Below are positions 19,690-28,350 of a DNA stretch of 64,000 nt, piece after piece. The stretch is from Candidatus Latescibacterota bacterium (lineage in GTDB: Bacteria; Latescibacterota; UBA2968): positions 1,952,001-2,016,000 of the forward strand of contig OZ242320.1 in the NCBI GenBank assembly GCA_965208125.1. The letters run 5' to 3'. Position 1 is the stretch's first letter, and every line of letters begins with the position of its first letter. A program made the translations under genes and the position numbers. Under the pieces are notes generated by a model. That model made no database searches and was not told the DNA's origin. It saw only the letters and a program-made list of their open reading frames with translations.

Positions 19690-19729
19690 GCGGTTGGTTG
19701 ACTTTTGTTGTTGGGTATAGTAATTTCGA
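19690..19729 (+). promoter_or_regulatory. promoter copy 2
   Basis: TTGACT-17bp-TAATTT; repeat of 16527-16566. Confidence 0.6.
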
Positions 19730-19774
19730 TATATAAGCGGTTCATGCCCCTTACAATCAATTCCAAAGGAGAAA

Positions 19775-19960
19775 ATGATGGATACACTCGATGTGCGAGG
19801 CTTGCCCGATGAATATACCATCTGGCTACAGAAGATGGTTGATAGTTTACGGGAACAGACCCAGCACAGAAAGGCGTGCAAAGACAAAGAAATCGTGTTT
19901 GCGACGCATAAGTCCCACCTGATTGGCGGATATGATCGAGCAGCAGTCTATGAAACATAA
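19775..19960 (+). CDS. small hypothetical protein, antitoxin-like
   Basis: 61 aa with AAGGAG RBS; LDVRGLP N-terminus and DRAAVYE C-terminus resemble type II antitoxins. Confidence 0.55.
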   Translation: MMDTLDVRGLPDEYTIWLQKMVDSLREQTQHRKACKDKEIVFATHKSHLIGGYDRAAVYET

Positions 19961-19977
19961 CCCCAGTATGAAGGCCG

Positions 19978-20163
19978 ATGGATATGAAAGCGAATGAACG
20001 GTGTACGCCTGCGCCAGCAGTTCCTGCAAGTGTGAAGACGAGTAATTCGGGCATGACCGAAGTTCCAACGAAAGGGCGACGGCGACCTGGAAGTGCCAAA
20101 GGGCTTGTTCTTCTAAGCGATGATTTTGACGAACCACTCGAAGATTTTCGGGAATATATGTAA
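19978..20163 (+). pseudogene. DUF2281/VapB-like antitoxin C-terminus, probably N-terminally truncated
   Basis: RRPGSAKGLVLLSDDFDEPLEDFREYM tail; TAATG coupling to a vapC remnant. Confidence 0.6.
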
Positions 20164-20224
20164 TGCGCCTTTTATTAGCAGAGACAGACCCTTTCAGGAG
20201 TATTCAATTGATGTGATATGGTAA
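20163..20224 (+). pseudogene. hollow vapC (PIN) gene with only its two ends left
   Basis: MRLLL start joined through TTATTAG to ISRDRPFQEYSIDVIW* in another frame. Confidence 0.7.
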
Positions 20225-20258
20225 TCGCCGCAGGTAAGAAGTCTTCACCAACGTGGAA

Positions 20259-20294
20259 ATGATGACCGCCTGTATTGCTGGCATTTTAATCTGA
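20259..20294 (+). repeat. third copy of the nupC 3' end
   Basis: 32/36 identical to 16485-16520; all four differences synonymous (MMTACIAGILI*). Confidence 0.9.
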
Positions 20295-20300
20295 AAAATA

Positions 20301-20335
20301 CAAAAAGGAGATACCATCTGGCATCTCCTTTTTTT
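20301..20335. terminator. bidirectional terminator
   Basis: AAAAAGGAGAT..ATCTCCTTTTTT. Confidence 0.7.
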
Positions 20336-20355
20336 AATGGGATATATTTTATAAA

Positions 20356-21672
20356 TCACCCATGAGACCCCTTCACACCAATCGGCCAATTAGGGGAGTC
20401 TATGCGTGCATCTTTCATGAAACTCTCAATTTCGGCGATCACATCCGGATGATCTGCTGCGACATCGTTTTCCTCGCCAATATCGTTTGCCAAATCGTAT
20501 AACTCAAGCGGTTCGTCGAGCAACCGCGGCGACGGATTGCGCACGGCCTTCCAATTTTTCCAGCGCACAGCCTGTTTGAAGCCCCCGCCAAAGCGCTCCC
20601 AGTACAAAAAGCGCTCTCCAATATCCTGTGACTCGCCCAAAAGCGTCGGCAATATGCTCACGCCATCCATATCATCTGGTGCATCCACACCGATCACGTC
20701 TGCAACCGTAGGCATAAAATCGGTATAATACCACACCTGATCGCTCCCAGTACCTGCCGGAATACGAGCCGGCCAATGCACAATCATAGGCGTGCGCAAT
20801 CCGCCTTCATACATCGTACCTTTTTGCCCGCGCAAAGCACCACAACTGCCAAACGGTTCCCACCGGCGTGCAGCCCCATGGTCAGAACCAAAAAACAAAA
20901 GCGTATTATCCTTTATCCCCAGTTTGCACAATAAATCCGCAATCTGTCCAACCTGAGTATCAATTTTTGTAATCATCGCCGCATAAACTTTCTCATCATC
21001 CGTCCAGGGTTTATCGTCCCAGGCACTCGCATCGGGGATTTCATATCTCCCGTGCGGCAATGTCCACGGCAAGTACAAAAAAAACGGACCATTGCTATTG
21101 TTGCGAATGAAGTCACAGGCAAAGTCAAAAATCATATCGTGAGAATAGTCGTTCTCCTGGCCATCCAGATTGCCTTTGAGAATGACCTTCTCTTCGTTGT
21201 GCCACAAAAAAGGCGGATAATACGAATGCGCGTTGCGCTGGTTGAGATAGCCAAACCATTCATCAAATCCCTTGCGGGTGGGAATACCCGTCGTATCGGG
21301 CTCACCCAATCCCCATTTGCCGGTTATGCCAGTGGTATATCCTGCCTCCTTGAGCATCTCGGCAACCGTAAAATCCTCCGGCTCGAGCGGCACCCGTTTC
21401 TGCTCTCCAACGCCGCCCACAATGCCCATATTGTCGCGCACTCTCGTGTGTCCACTGTGCAAACCCGTCATCAAAACCGACCGAGATGGCGCGCAGATAG
21501 GAGACCCGGTATAACACTGCGTGAACCGCATGGATTCCGACGCAAGCTGATCCAATCGGGGTGTGGGAATAACCTGTTGCCCATAACAACCCAGATCGCC
21601 ATAGCCAATATCATCACAAAGAATAAAAATAATGTTGGGCAATGACATCATGTGATATTTCCCGAATCTCAC
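20356..21672 (-). CDS. arylsulfatase (Cys-type, S1 family)
   Basis: PNIIFILCDD, CAPSR, GKWGLG, SDHG. Confidence 0.9.
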   Translation of the reverse strand: MRFGKYHMMSLPNIIFILCDDIGYGDLGCYGQQVIPTPRLDQLASESMRFTQCYTGSPICAPSRSVLMTGLHSGHTRVRDNMGIVGGVGEQKRVPLEPEDFTVAEMLKEAGYTTGITGKWGLGEPDTTGIPTRKGFDEWFGYLNQRNAHSYYPPFLWHNEEKVILKGNLDGQENDYSHDMIFDFACDFIRNNSNGPFFLYLPWTLPHGRYEIPDASAWDDKPWTDDEKVYAAMITKIDTQVGQIADLLCKLGIKDNTLLFFGSDHGAARRWEPFGSCGALRGQKGTMYEGGLRTPMIVHWPARIPAGTGSDQVWYYTDFMPTVADVIGVDAPDDMDGVSILPTLLGESQDIGERFLYWERFGGGFKQAVRWKNWKAVRNPSPRLLDEPLELYDLANDIGEENDVAADHPDVIAEIESFMKDARIDSPNWPIGVKGSHG

Positions 21673-23579
21673 TCTTCCACCAACGCCAATTTTTGAGCGT
21701 AAACAGCCCGATCCTTTAACAGACGAACAGCCTCCTGAAACTGCTTATCACCCTTCAGCGTCGCTAAAATTTTACCATTAGTGCCCCACACGCGATTGGC
21801 CAATGCCCGTTCAATCTCCAGACGGATATACGGCTCGGCCTTATTATAATCGGCTTCGCGCTCGCGCTCTGCAGCCTGTGACAATTGATTGAGTGCGGCT
21901 ATAGTCTCGTCTGTCAATACATCCTTCTCTTTTAGTGATTTCTTGACCTCTTGCACTTGAATTTCTGTATCCGCTTTATATTCAAAACCCTCGGCATTGA
22001 CTGAATCTGCCATGAAAGTCCAGAATTGAGCGACAATATCTTCGGGCAAGGTGTAGTCTTCAAACCGATTGGGGAATGATTGCTTTGTTGCAAAATCAAC
22101 CGCAAAATCAAAAATCAGTCCCTCGCGCAATAATGCTATCACCAGCCGTGGCCTGCGCTCTTGTTCAACCACCACATCGGGCTTAATCCCTCCGCCGCCA
22201 TAAACTTTGCGCTTGTTCACGCGCGTTGTAAATACCTTTTCAGGATCGATATCTTCAGGCCCGTTATGCTCGCTGGAAGCCAAACCCAACAACCCTTCCA
22301 ATCGCATTCCAAGTACTTCTTCAGCCAGGTCCTTGGCCAGGTCAAATCTTTCCTCGAGTGCCGTAATAACATCTTCGCGCCGTTCAGCCTGACCAATAAT
22401 ACCAAAGAGTTCATAGGCCGAGACCTGTGTTGAATTTCCCACAGTAATCTCAATGGGGCCGCCGCGATATCGGCGCTTCTCACCATTGTGAATGCTGCGC
22501 CCACTCGGCGTATAATAGGCTGCGGTTGTCAACTTCAAAGCTTTATTGCCTTGACGGCCCAATTGGCGCACGGTTTGTACAGAGCCTTTCCCAAATGTTT
22601 GCGTGCCCACAATAACCCCCCGGTCCCAATCCTGAATTGCCCCTGCGACAATTTCTGATGCACTGGCACTGCGCTCGTCAACCAGGATCACAAGTGGAAT
22701 ATCGGCGGGCAATATGGGATCGTGCCGCGTTTTGTGACTCCGATTCTGATTGGGAAGGCGACCTCTGGTTGACACGACCAGACGACTGGATGGCAAAAAC
22801 TTATCGACCACATCAACCGCCGCGTTGAGCAAACCGCCCGGATTGCCGCGCAAATCCAGAATAATCCCCGTAGCACCATTGTTGACCGATTTTATCAATG
22901 CCCGTTGCAACTCCCCTCCCGTGCGTTCAGTAAATCGAGAAGCGCTGAGCCAGGACATGGAAATATACCCGATATCGGGATCGACTTCGCCCGGAATTTG
23001 TACACTTGAAATATCAATTCGCGCCCGAATAATTGGCTGATCAAATGGTTCCTTCATCCCTGGGCGCTCAATTTTAATCGTCACGCCAGCACCTGGATCA
23101 CCCCGCAAAATATTGACAATTTCGCGCAGCTCCTTGTCAAAAGTCGGATCCCCGTCAATGGCGACGATACGATCTCCCACAACGAGCCTGGTGCTGTCAG
23201 CAGGCGTACCTTCAATAACACTCATCACCACCGGAGGCCCATCATCCTTCCCTCGCTTGCTGATCATTATGCCCAACCCACCAAATTTGCCCTGCGTTTC
23301 AATCTGGAGTTCCTTGAGGTCATCACGATCAAAAAGGGTCGTATAAGGATCCAGATCCCACAACATGCCGGAAATGGCAGTCTTGCTCAAATCCTCTACT
23401 TCCAATTCATCGACATACTCGTTGAGGAGCAGGCGATAGGCGTCGTTAATCTCCTCAAAACCGCGCCCCACCTTTTCATAAACATCTTCGCCGGTCACCA
23501 ACCGGGAATCGAGCACCAGATAAACACCTAAAACACCAATTAAAGTTGTAAAAATGGCGAATCTTCTTCGGAGAAACAT
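21669..23579 (-). CDS. S41 carboxy-terminal processing protease (CtpA/Prc) with PDZ domain and an unusual insertion
   Basis: N-terminal TM anchor, LDPYT, GGLGI, LDLRGNPGG, SASASEI, TFGKGSVQ, GGIKPDV. Confidence 0.9.
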   Translation of the reverse strand: MFLRRRFAIFTTLIGVLGVYLVLDSRLVTGEDVYEKVGRGFEEINDAYRLLLNEYVDELEVEDLSKTAISGMLWDLDPYTTLFDRDDLKELQIETQGKFGGLGIMISKRGKDDGPPVVMSVIEGTPADSTRLVVGDRIVAIDGDPTFDKELREIVNILRGDPGAGVTIKIERPGMKEPFDQPIIRARIDISSVQIPGEVDPDIGYISMSWLSASRFTERTGGELQRALIKSVNNGATGIILDLRGNPGGLLNAAVDVVDKFLPSSRLVVSTRGRLPNQNRSHKTRHDPILPADIPLVILVDERSASASEIVAGAIQDWDRGVIVGTQTFGKGSVQTVRQLGRQGNKALKLTTAAYYTPSGRSIHNGEKRRYRGGPIEITVGNSTQVSAYELFGIIGQAERREDVITALEERFDLAKDLAEEVLGMRLEGLLGLASSEHNGPEDIDPEKVFTTRVNKRKVYGGGGIKPDVVVEQERRPRLVIALLREGLIFDFAVDFATKQSFPNRFEDYTLPEDIVAQFWTFMADSVNAEGFEYKADTEIQVQEVKKSLKEKDVLTDETIAALNQLSQAAEREREADYNKAEPYIRLEIERALANRVWGTNGKILATLKGDKQFQEAVRLLKDRAVYAQKLALVEE

Positions 23580-23620
23580 GGGGCGCCTCCAGTTTGTGGT
23601 AACAGGTTCTTACGGCAAAC

Positions 23621-24697
23621 TCATTTGTCGTGCATGATCAGTCCGAGATGCCACAGCTTATATGCTACTGTGGGAGCACCTTGATTGAACTTTGCGGGTT
23701 CTTCATCCAATTCAGAACGAATACGATTTTGTATTCTGGTCCACAACTCGGACCGAGAAATATCGGGCTTTTCTGAAATGCATTCCAACGCCAGAATCGC
23801 ATAGGCTCCATTCGTCGAACCGTTCCATATCTCTTTCAATTCTGGATTTCGAAAAGGGTTTCTACTGCCTTTTATTCTTCCCAGTCGATATAAGACCTCT
23901 GCCCCGTTCATAGGACAGAATTTGCTTCCGCTTTCTCTGCTCTTGCCTCCCAGCTCAAAATATGTCTCTTTCCAGGCGCAGTTCCAATCATCTCCTCTTT
24001 CCACTTTCTCGATAGTGCTGCGTACCCAGTCTTTCAAATTGATCTTATATAAATTTCTGAGCTTAATTCGATTGATAACCGCCTTTTTAACATCCTTAAA
24101 CACAGCATCAACAGACCGTGTTCCATCCACCCTGAAAATGCGATCAGGTTCAGATTGATATGCTTCTTTAAAACCCTGCCGAACCCTTTGAAAAAATGTT
24201 TTCTCGCCTTTATCCTCTCTATCTTCTGATTCAATGCGATCTGAAAAAAGTGGCAATTCCCGTTTTCGAATCGTCTGCAAATCGACATCTATCCAGATTG
24301 TGATATCTGGTTTTAAACCACCCGTAGTCACGTTTTGAATCATTCTCAGGTCATCGAGATTCAATCCGCGACCATAGCCCTGATAGGCCAGTGTGGAATC
24401 GACGTAACGATCTGAAATTACCACTTTGCCCGCATCCAGCGATGGCCGAATCAATTCGTTAACATGCTGTACGCGATCCGCTGAAAATAAGAACATTTCG
24501 GCGGTGGCATCAATCTCGCCTTGCGATTTCCTTTCGAGTACGAGACGCCGAATTTCTTGACCGAGTTCTGTATCGCCCGGCTCATAAGTAAATACAACCT
24601 CGTACCCACTTTCTTGCAGATAATCAAACAGCTTCTTGGCCTGGGTACTTTTCCCACTTTGATCAATGCCTTCAAATGATATGAAAATACCGGACAT
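23621..24697 (-). CDS. tmk: thymidylate kinase fused to a C-terminal domain of about 140 aa
   Basis: FISFEGIDQSGKSTQ, DRYVDSTLAYQGYGRG; frame continues past the normal ~210-aa end. Confidence 0.85.
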   Translation of the reverse strand: MSGIFISFEGIDQSGKSTQAKKLFDYLQESGYEVVFTYEPGDTELGQEIRRLVLERKSQGEIDATAEMFLFSADRVQHVNELIRPSLDAGKVVISDRYVDSTLAYQGYGRGLNLDDLRMIQNVTTGGLKPDITIWIDVDLQTIRKRELPLFSDRIESEDREDKGEKTFFQRVRQGFKEAYQSEPDRIFRVDGTRSVDAVFKDVKKAVINRIKLRNLYKINLKDWVRSTIEKVERGDDWNCAWKETYFELGGKSRESGSKFCPMNGAEVLYRLGRIKGSRNPFRNPELKEIWNGSTNGAYAILALECISEKPDISRSELWTRIQNRIRSELDEEPAKFNQGAPTVAYKLWHLGLIMHDK

Positions 24698-24721
24698 TTG
24701 TTCCCACGTTTTTCTGTAAAG

Positions 24722-24756
24722 AAAAAAAGAACCCGGCGATATGCCCCCGGGTTTTA
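24722..24756 (-). terminator. terminator-like hairpin between the CDP-alcohol transferase and tmk
   Basis: Minus strand AACCCGG..CCGGGTT followed by CTTTTTTT. Confidence 0.5.
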
Positions 24757-24781
24757 TCATCCAGTATTGGACAATTGGGCC

Positions 24782-25396
24782 CTATGATTTTGTCAGCTTT
24801 CGAAAGTGAATTACCCGCTCCATCGCAGTAAAATTTCCCAACAGAGCAATTGCCCAGACCACAACGATCAAACCGATATCCCCGATCAAAGGAACGACCA
24901 CCCCACCAGCGCCAATAGCAATAACGCGCTCGGGCCGCTGCATAAATCCAACTTTGCACTCTGCCCCAAGCCCCTCAATGCGCGCGCGCACATAACTCAC
25001 CATCAAAGATCCTGCCAGTGCAAAAAAGACCGCCGCGCTTGTCCAGAGATCATCAGCCCGTATAAAACTAATCGCAATGCCAAACCAGATGAAAATTTCG
25101 GAATATCGATCAACAGTAGAATCGAGAAGCGCACCAAATTTGGACTCTGTTTTACCCTTGCGCGCCACTTGCCCGTCGAGAAAATCAAAAATACCCGCAA
25201 CAAGCACCGTCAACCCCGCCCACATATACAATAATGGTGCCGCAGTAGGCGAGGCAAAACCGAAGAGCACTGCGGCACCTATATTGAAAATAAACCCGAT
25301 CATCGTCAACAAATCGGGAGTAAAGCGTTTCTCGACGAGATATTCTGTGGAAGGTGCCAAAATCTCGGCAACATCATCTTTAACTTTTTCAATCAC
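24782..25396 (-). CDS. CDP-alcohol phosphatidyltransferase
   Basis: DFLDGQVAR...GALLDSTVDR signature, VSYVRAR, RPER. Confidence 0.9.
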   Translation of the reverse strand: MIEKVKDDVAEILAPSTEYLVEKRFTPDLLTMIGFIFNIGAAVLFGFASPTAAPLLYMWAGLTVLVAGIFDFLDGQVARKGKTESKFGALLDSTVDRYSEIFIWFGIAISFIRADDLWTSAAVFFALAGSLMVSYVRARIEGLGAECKVGFMQRPERVIAIGAGGVVVPLIGDIGLIVVVWAIALLGNFTAMERVIHFRKLTKS

Positions 25397-25562
25397 TGTT
25401 AAAACCCACGGATAGTGAAGTTTTTATTTAAATTTTCTAATGCTATAACAAATCCAAATATAGGCCAATTCTGTAGGTGTAGCAAGCGAAATATCCCTTC
25501 CACACAGGCCGAAAAACAACCCGAAATACCTGCGTTTCAGCGGTGAGAAATCCGAGAGAAAG

Positions 25563-25667
25563 TGTGGAAAAGTGTGTGGATAACTTTTAAATATCCGTGT
25601 TAATTTATTTCTTTATTAAATAAAATCAACGACTTAAACTGTTGATAATATTATCCACTTTTCCACA
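25563..25667. promoter_or_regulatory. secondary DnaA-box cluster with IHF-like site
   Basis: Perfect TGTGGATAA at 25575-25583; near-boxes at 25563, 25640, 25651 and 25659; AT-rich spacer containing AATCAACGACTTA. Confidence 0.6.
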
Positions 25668-25781
25668 TTCAATACGACACACCTCCTTTGATGAACTGCT
25701 GTCGCAGTCATGCCCGTACACGCAGCGTCATGCTTGAAGCGGTGTACAACTGCGACGCTTCACCAGCAGTTCATTATCCGT

Positions 25782-26471
25782 CTATCGAAACACATCTATG
25801 CGCTTGATCACCACGGGTTTTACAGGCCGGTCTCCCGGTGCGGTTTCGACCATTGCAATATTGTTAACCACATCCATTCCCTCTGTTACTTCTCCAAAAG
25901 CAGTATATTGATTGTCCAAATTAGGCGAGGACCCATGCATAATAAAAAATTGTGACCCAGCACCCGCCGACACATCTGAAATGCGTGCCATAGAAAGAAT
26001 GCCCGGTACATGTTTTGTATCATTAAATTCATGAGGGATATGCACGAGTGGTCCCCCCATTCCATCATCAGATGGATCATCGTCCTTTGAATTTGGATCG
26101 CCGCCCTGAATCATAAAATTTTTAATTACGCGATGAAACTTGGTATTGTTATAAAACCCGCTTTCTGCTCGCGTGATAAAGGCGAAACAATGAACAGGTG
26201 CCTTTTCGGGATGGAACTTCAATTCAATATCCCCCATATTCGTCGCGATACGCGCTCTCACACCCCGAATCTGATTTGCCAGAAATAGCATCCTGCCTCC
26301 GACCTCGCCGGAGCGCTTAATCTGGTTTTGTGCCTTGTTCAAAGAGCTTTTCAACGACCGATTCTCATTGTTCAACTTCTCATTGGCTTGTTTTAAATCT
26401 TCCATTCCGCTACCTCCACAGGCCGCTATCGAGAGACATAGCCCCAAAAAAACAAATCGTTTCATAGACAT
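25782..26471 (-). CDS. cyclophilin-type peptidyl-prolyl isomerase, putative lipoprotein
   Basis: Lipobox IAAC, FHRVIKNFMIQGGDP, LSMAR, AGSQFFI. Confidence 0.9.
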   Translation of the reverse strand: MSMKRFVFLGLCLSIAACGGSGMEDLKQANEKLNNENRSLKSSLNKAQNQIKRSGEVGGRMLFLANQIRGVRARIATNMGDIELKFHPEKAPVHCFAFITRAESGFYNNTKFHRVIKNFMIQGGDPNSKDDDPSDDGMGGPLVHIPHEFNDTKHVPGILSMARISDVSAGAGSQFFIMHGSSPNLDNQYTAFGEVTEGMDVVNNIAMVETAPGDRPVKPVVIKRIDVFR

Positions 26472-26745
26472 TTCCCCTTACGAAAACAACTCCGCTCAAC
26501 ATGTGTACTGTTTCTAAAATATAAGCCCAGACGCTCATATTAGACAACAACCCGTTTGCACATTTTAAGCGAGAAAAAAACACCTCCAAATCTTCCTTGA
26601 CAGTGGTTCTTCTCCACGCTTTATTGTTCCCGCTGTGGTGATACAGACGCAACACAACGTCGGTCACCCATTGCGCCTATCGCGGGGCTGAAATGCCGCC
26701 GCGCAGAACAATATAAACCCCCACATTCCCAAGGACAACATCATT

Positions 26746-27606
26746 ATGCGACTCGTTACATTTACGCATCAGGGACAACGTCGGCTCGGTGTCCGATCAG
26801 GCGATTCAATCATTGACCTCAGTGCTGCCGACCCGTCAATACCCTCCACTATGAAAGAATTTCTCGAAGCGGGCGATAATGCCATTTCCAGAGCCCAGGC
26901 AGTAATTGATGGTGGGACGCATGCTATTTCTGCAACCGATGTCACCATTCATGCCCCCATCGACAATCCAGAAAAAATCATTTGCATAGGTCTCAACTAT
27001 GCAGATCATGCCGCCGAGAGCAGTATGCCCATTCCCGACGAACCCATTGTCTTTTCCAAATACGCATCATCCATCATCGGTCCCGATGAGAATATCGTAG
27101 CTCCCAGCGCGAGTTCCCAGGTTGACTACGAAGTCGAGCTTGTCGTCGTTATTGGCAAAAGCGGTCGCAACATCTCTGAAGAAGATGCCCTCAACCACGT
27201 TGCAGGTTACATGGTTGGACACGACGTGAGTGCTCGTGATTACCAGCTTGAAAAACCAGGTGCACAATGGATGATGGGCAAAACCTTTGACACATTTGCT
27301 CCAATAGGACCTGACCTGGTCACAACAGACGATGTACCCGATCCTCACAACCTGGGCATTCGCTGTATTCTCAATGGCAAAACAGTACAGGATTCCAATA
27401 CATCTCAACTGATCTTCGACGTACCCAAACTCATTGCTTATCTCACACATGTATTCACACTTGCCCCCGGAGATTTGATTTTTACCGGCACACCACACGG
27501 TGTGGGTATGGGGCGTGAGCCACAACTCTGGCTCAAACACGGCGACCGTGTAATATGTGAAATTGATGGACTGGGACGACTCGAAAATCCGGTTGTTTCA
27601 GATTGA
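26746..27606 (+). CDS. fumarylacetoacetate hydrolase family protein
   Basis: CIGLNYADH, DYEVEL, DVSARD, GKTFDTF, TGTP. Confidence 0.9.
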   Translation: MRLVTFTHQGQRRLGVRSGDSIIDLSAADPSIPSTMKEFLEAGDNAISRAQAVIDGGTHAISATDVTIHAPIDNPEKIICIGLNYADHAAESSMPIPDEPIVFSKYASSIIGPDENIVAPSASSQVDYEVELVVVIGKSGRNISEEDALNHVAGYMVGHDVSARDYQLEKPGAQWMMGKTFDTFAPIGPDLVTTDDVPDPHNLGIRCILNGKTVQDSNTSQLIFDVPKLIAYLTHVFTLAPGDLIFTGTPHGVGMGREPQLWLKHGDRVICEIDGLGRLENPVVSD

Positions 27607-27668
27607 GATATCCCACGAGTTACAGGGACACTACACTTATAGGGGACCTGGGTGTTTGGGGAGGGAAA

Positions 27669-28019
27669 TCAAACAGAGGGCAAACGGCTCCGCAATTCTG
27701 CCAACTCGCGTTCGAGATGATCCAATCGGAGTGAAACTTCACGCTCGTGCAATAGCCGATCAGCAGTACCCATGCCATCGTGTATGATCGAAAGCCTGCG
27801 CTTTAGCTGTTCGCAGATGTGGCCAACTTCTGATATATCGGCCTCGATCTGAGCCTGACGTGTGCTTATTTTGCGAATTGCATCCTGCACATTTTGGATA
27901 TCAGATCGAACTTCTACAAACTGTCTGGCGACCATTTGTGCAAAATTTTCTTGCGAAGACTCAATGGCATCGTGAACTGTTTCTCGAATGAGATCGAGTT
28001 CGCCAGCATCAAGGGCCAT
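27669..28019 (-). CDS. hypothetical coiled-coil protein (116 aa)
   Basis: Heptad-like helical composition from MALDAGE; divergent from the XRE gene. Confidence 0.5.
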   Translation of the reverse strand: MALDAGELDLIRETVHDAIESSQENFAQMVARQFVEVRSDIQNVQDAIRKISTRQAQIEADISEVGHICEQLKRRLSIIHDGMGTADRLLHEREVSLRLDHLERELAELRSRLPSV

Positions 28020-28321
28020 GGGCGAATTCCTGAGAAAGACAGATGGGGTACGAAAGAATATCCGTACTTGATAAGGGAGAAAAAAGGGGGAGAAAAAGGG
28101 GAAATGGGGAGGATAAGCCTGACGATCTGGGGAGAAAGGGGAATCAGAGCAAGATCGGTTACCCTCCCCACCCAATAAAGAGAGACTTGAATCCAGGAGA
28201 AAAATAGAATTTAACTGAATCTCGTTTCTCTTTATTTTCCAGGACTTTATGTCCTTTATACACACAAACAAGTGTGTATGTATTGCATTCTATGTGGGGA
28301 GTCCCAGAATGCAATTACCCA

Positions 28322-28350
28322 AATATACACTCTCAAGTTTGTGTTGTCAA
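28322..28350 (-). promoter_or_regulatory. leftward sigma70 promoter with nearby operator-like palindromes
   Basis: Minus strand TTGACA-17bp-TATATT; ATACACAC-N6-GTGTGTAT at 28258-28279 and a degenerate copy at 28325-28346. Confidence 0.55.

Noticed and set aside
16521-20258. Classical prophage, ICE or integron call for the nupC islet
   Set aside because: No integrase, transposase, attC-like palindromes or phage genes visible
28020-28271. N-terminal part of the 200-aa ORF 27669..28271
   Set aside because: Translation of a low-complexity tract (PPHFPFFSPFF); coding character starts at ATG 28019
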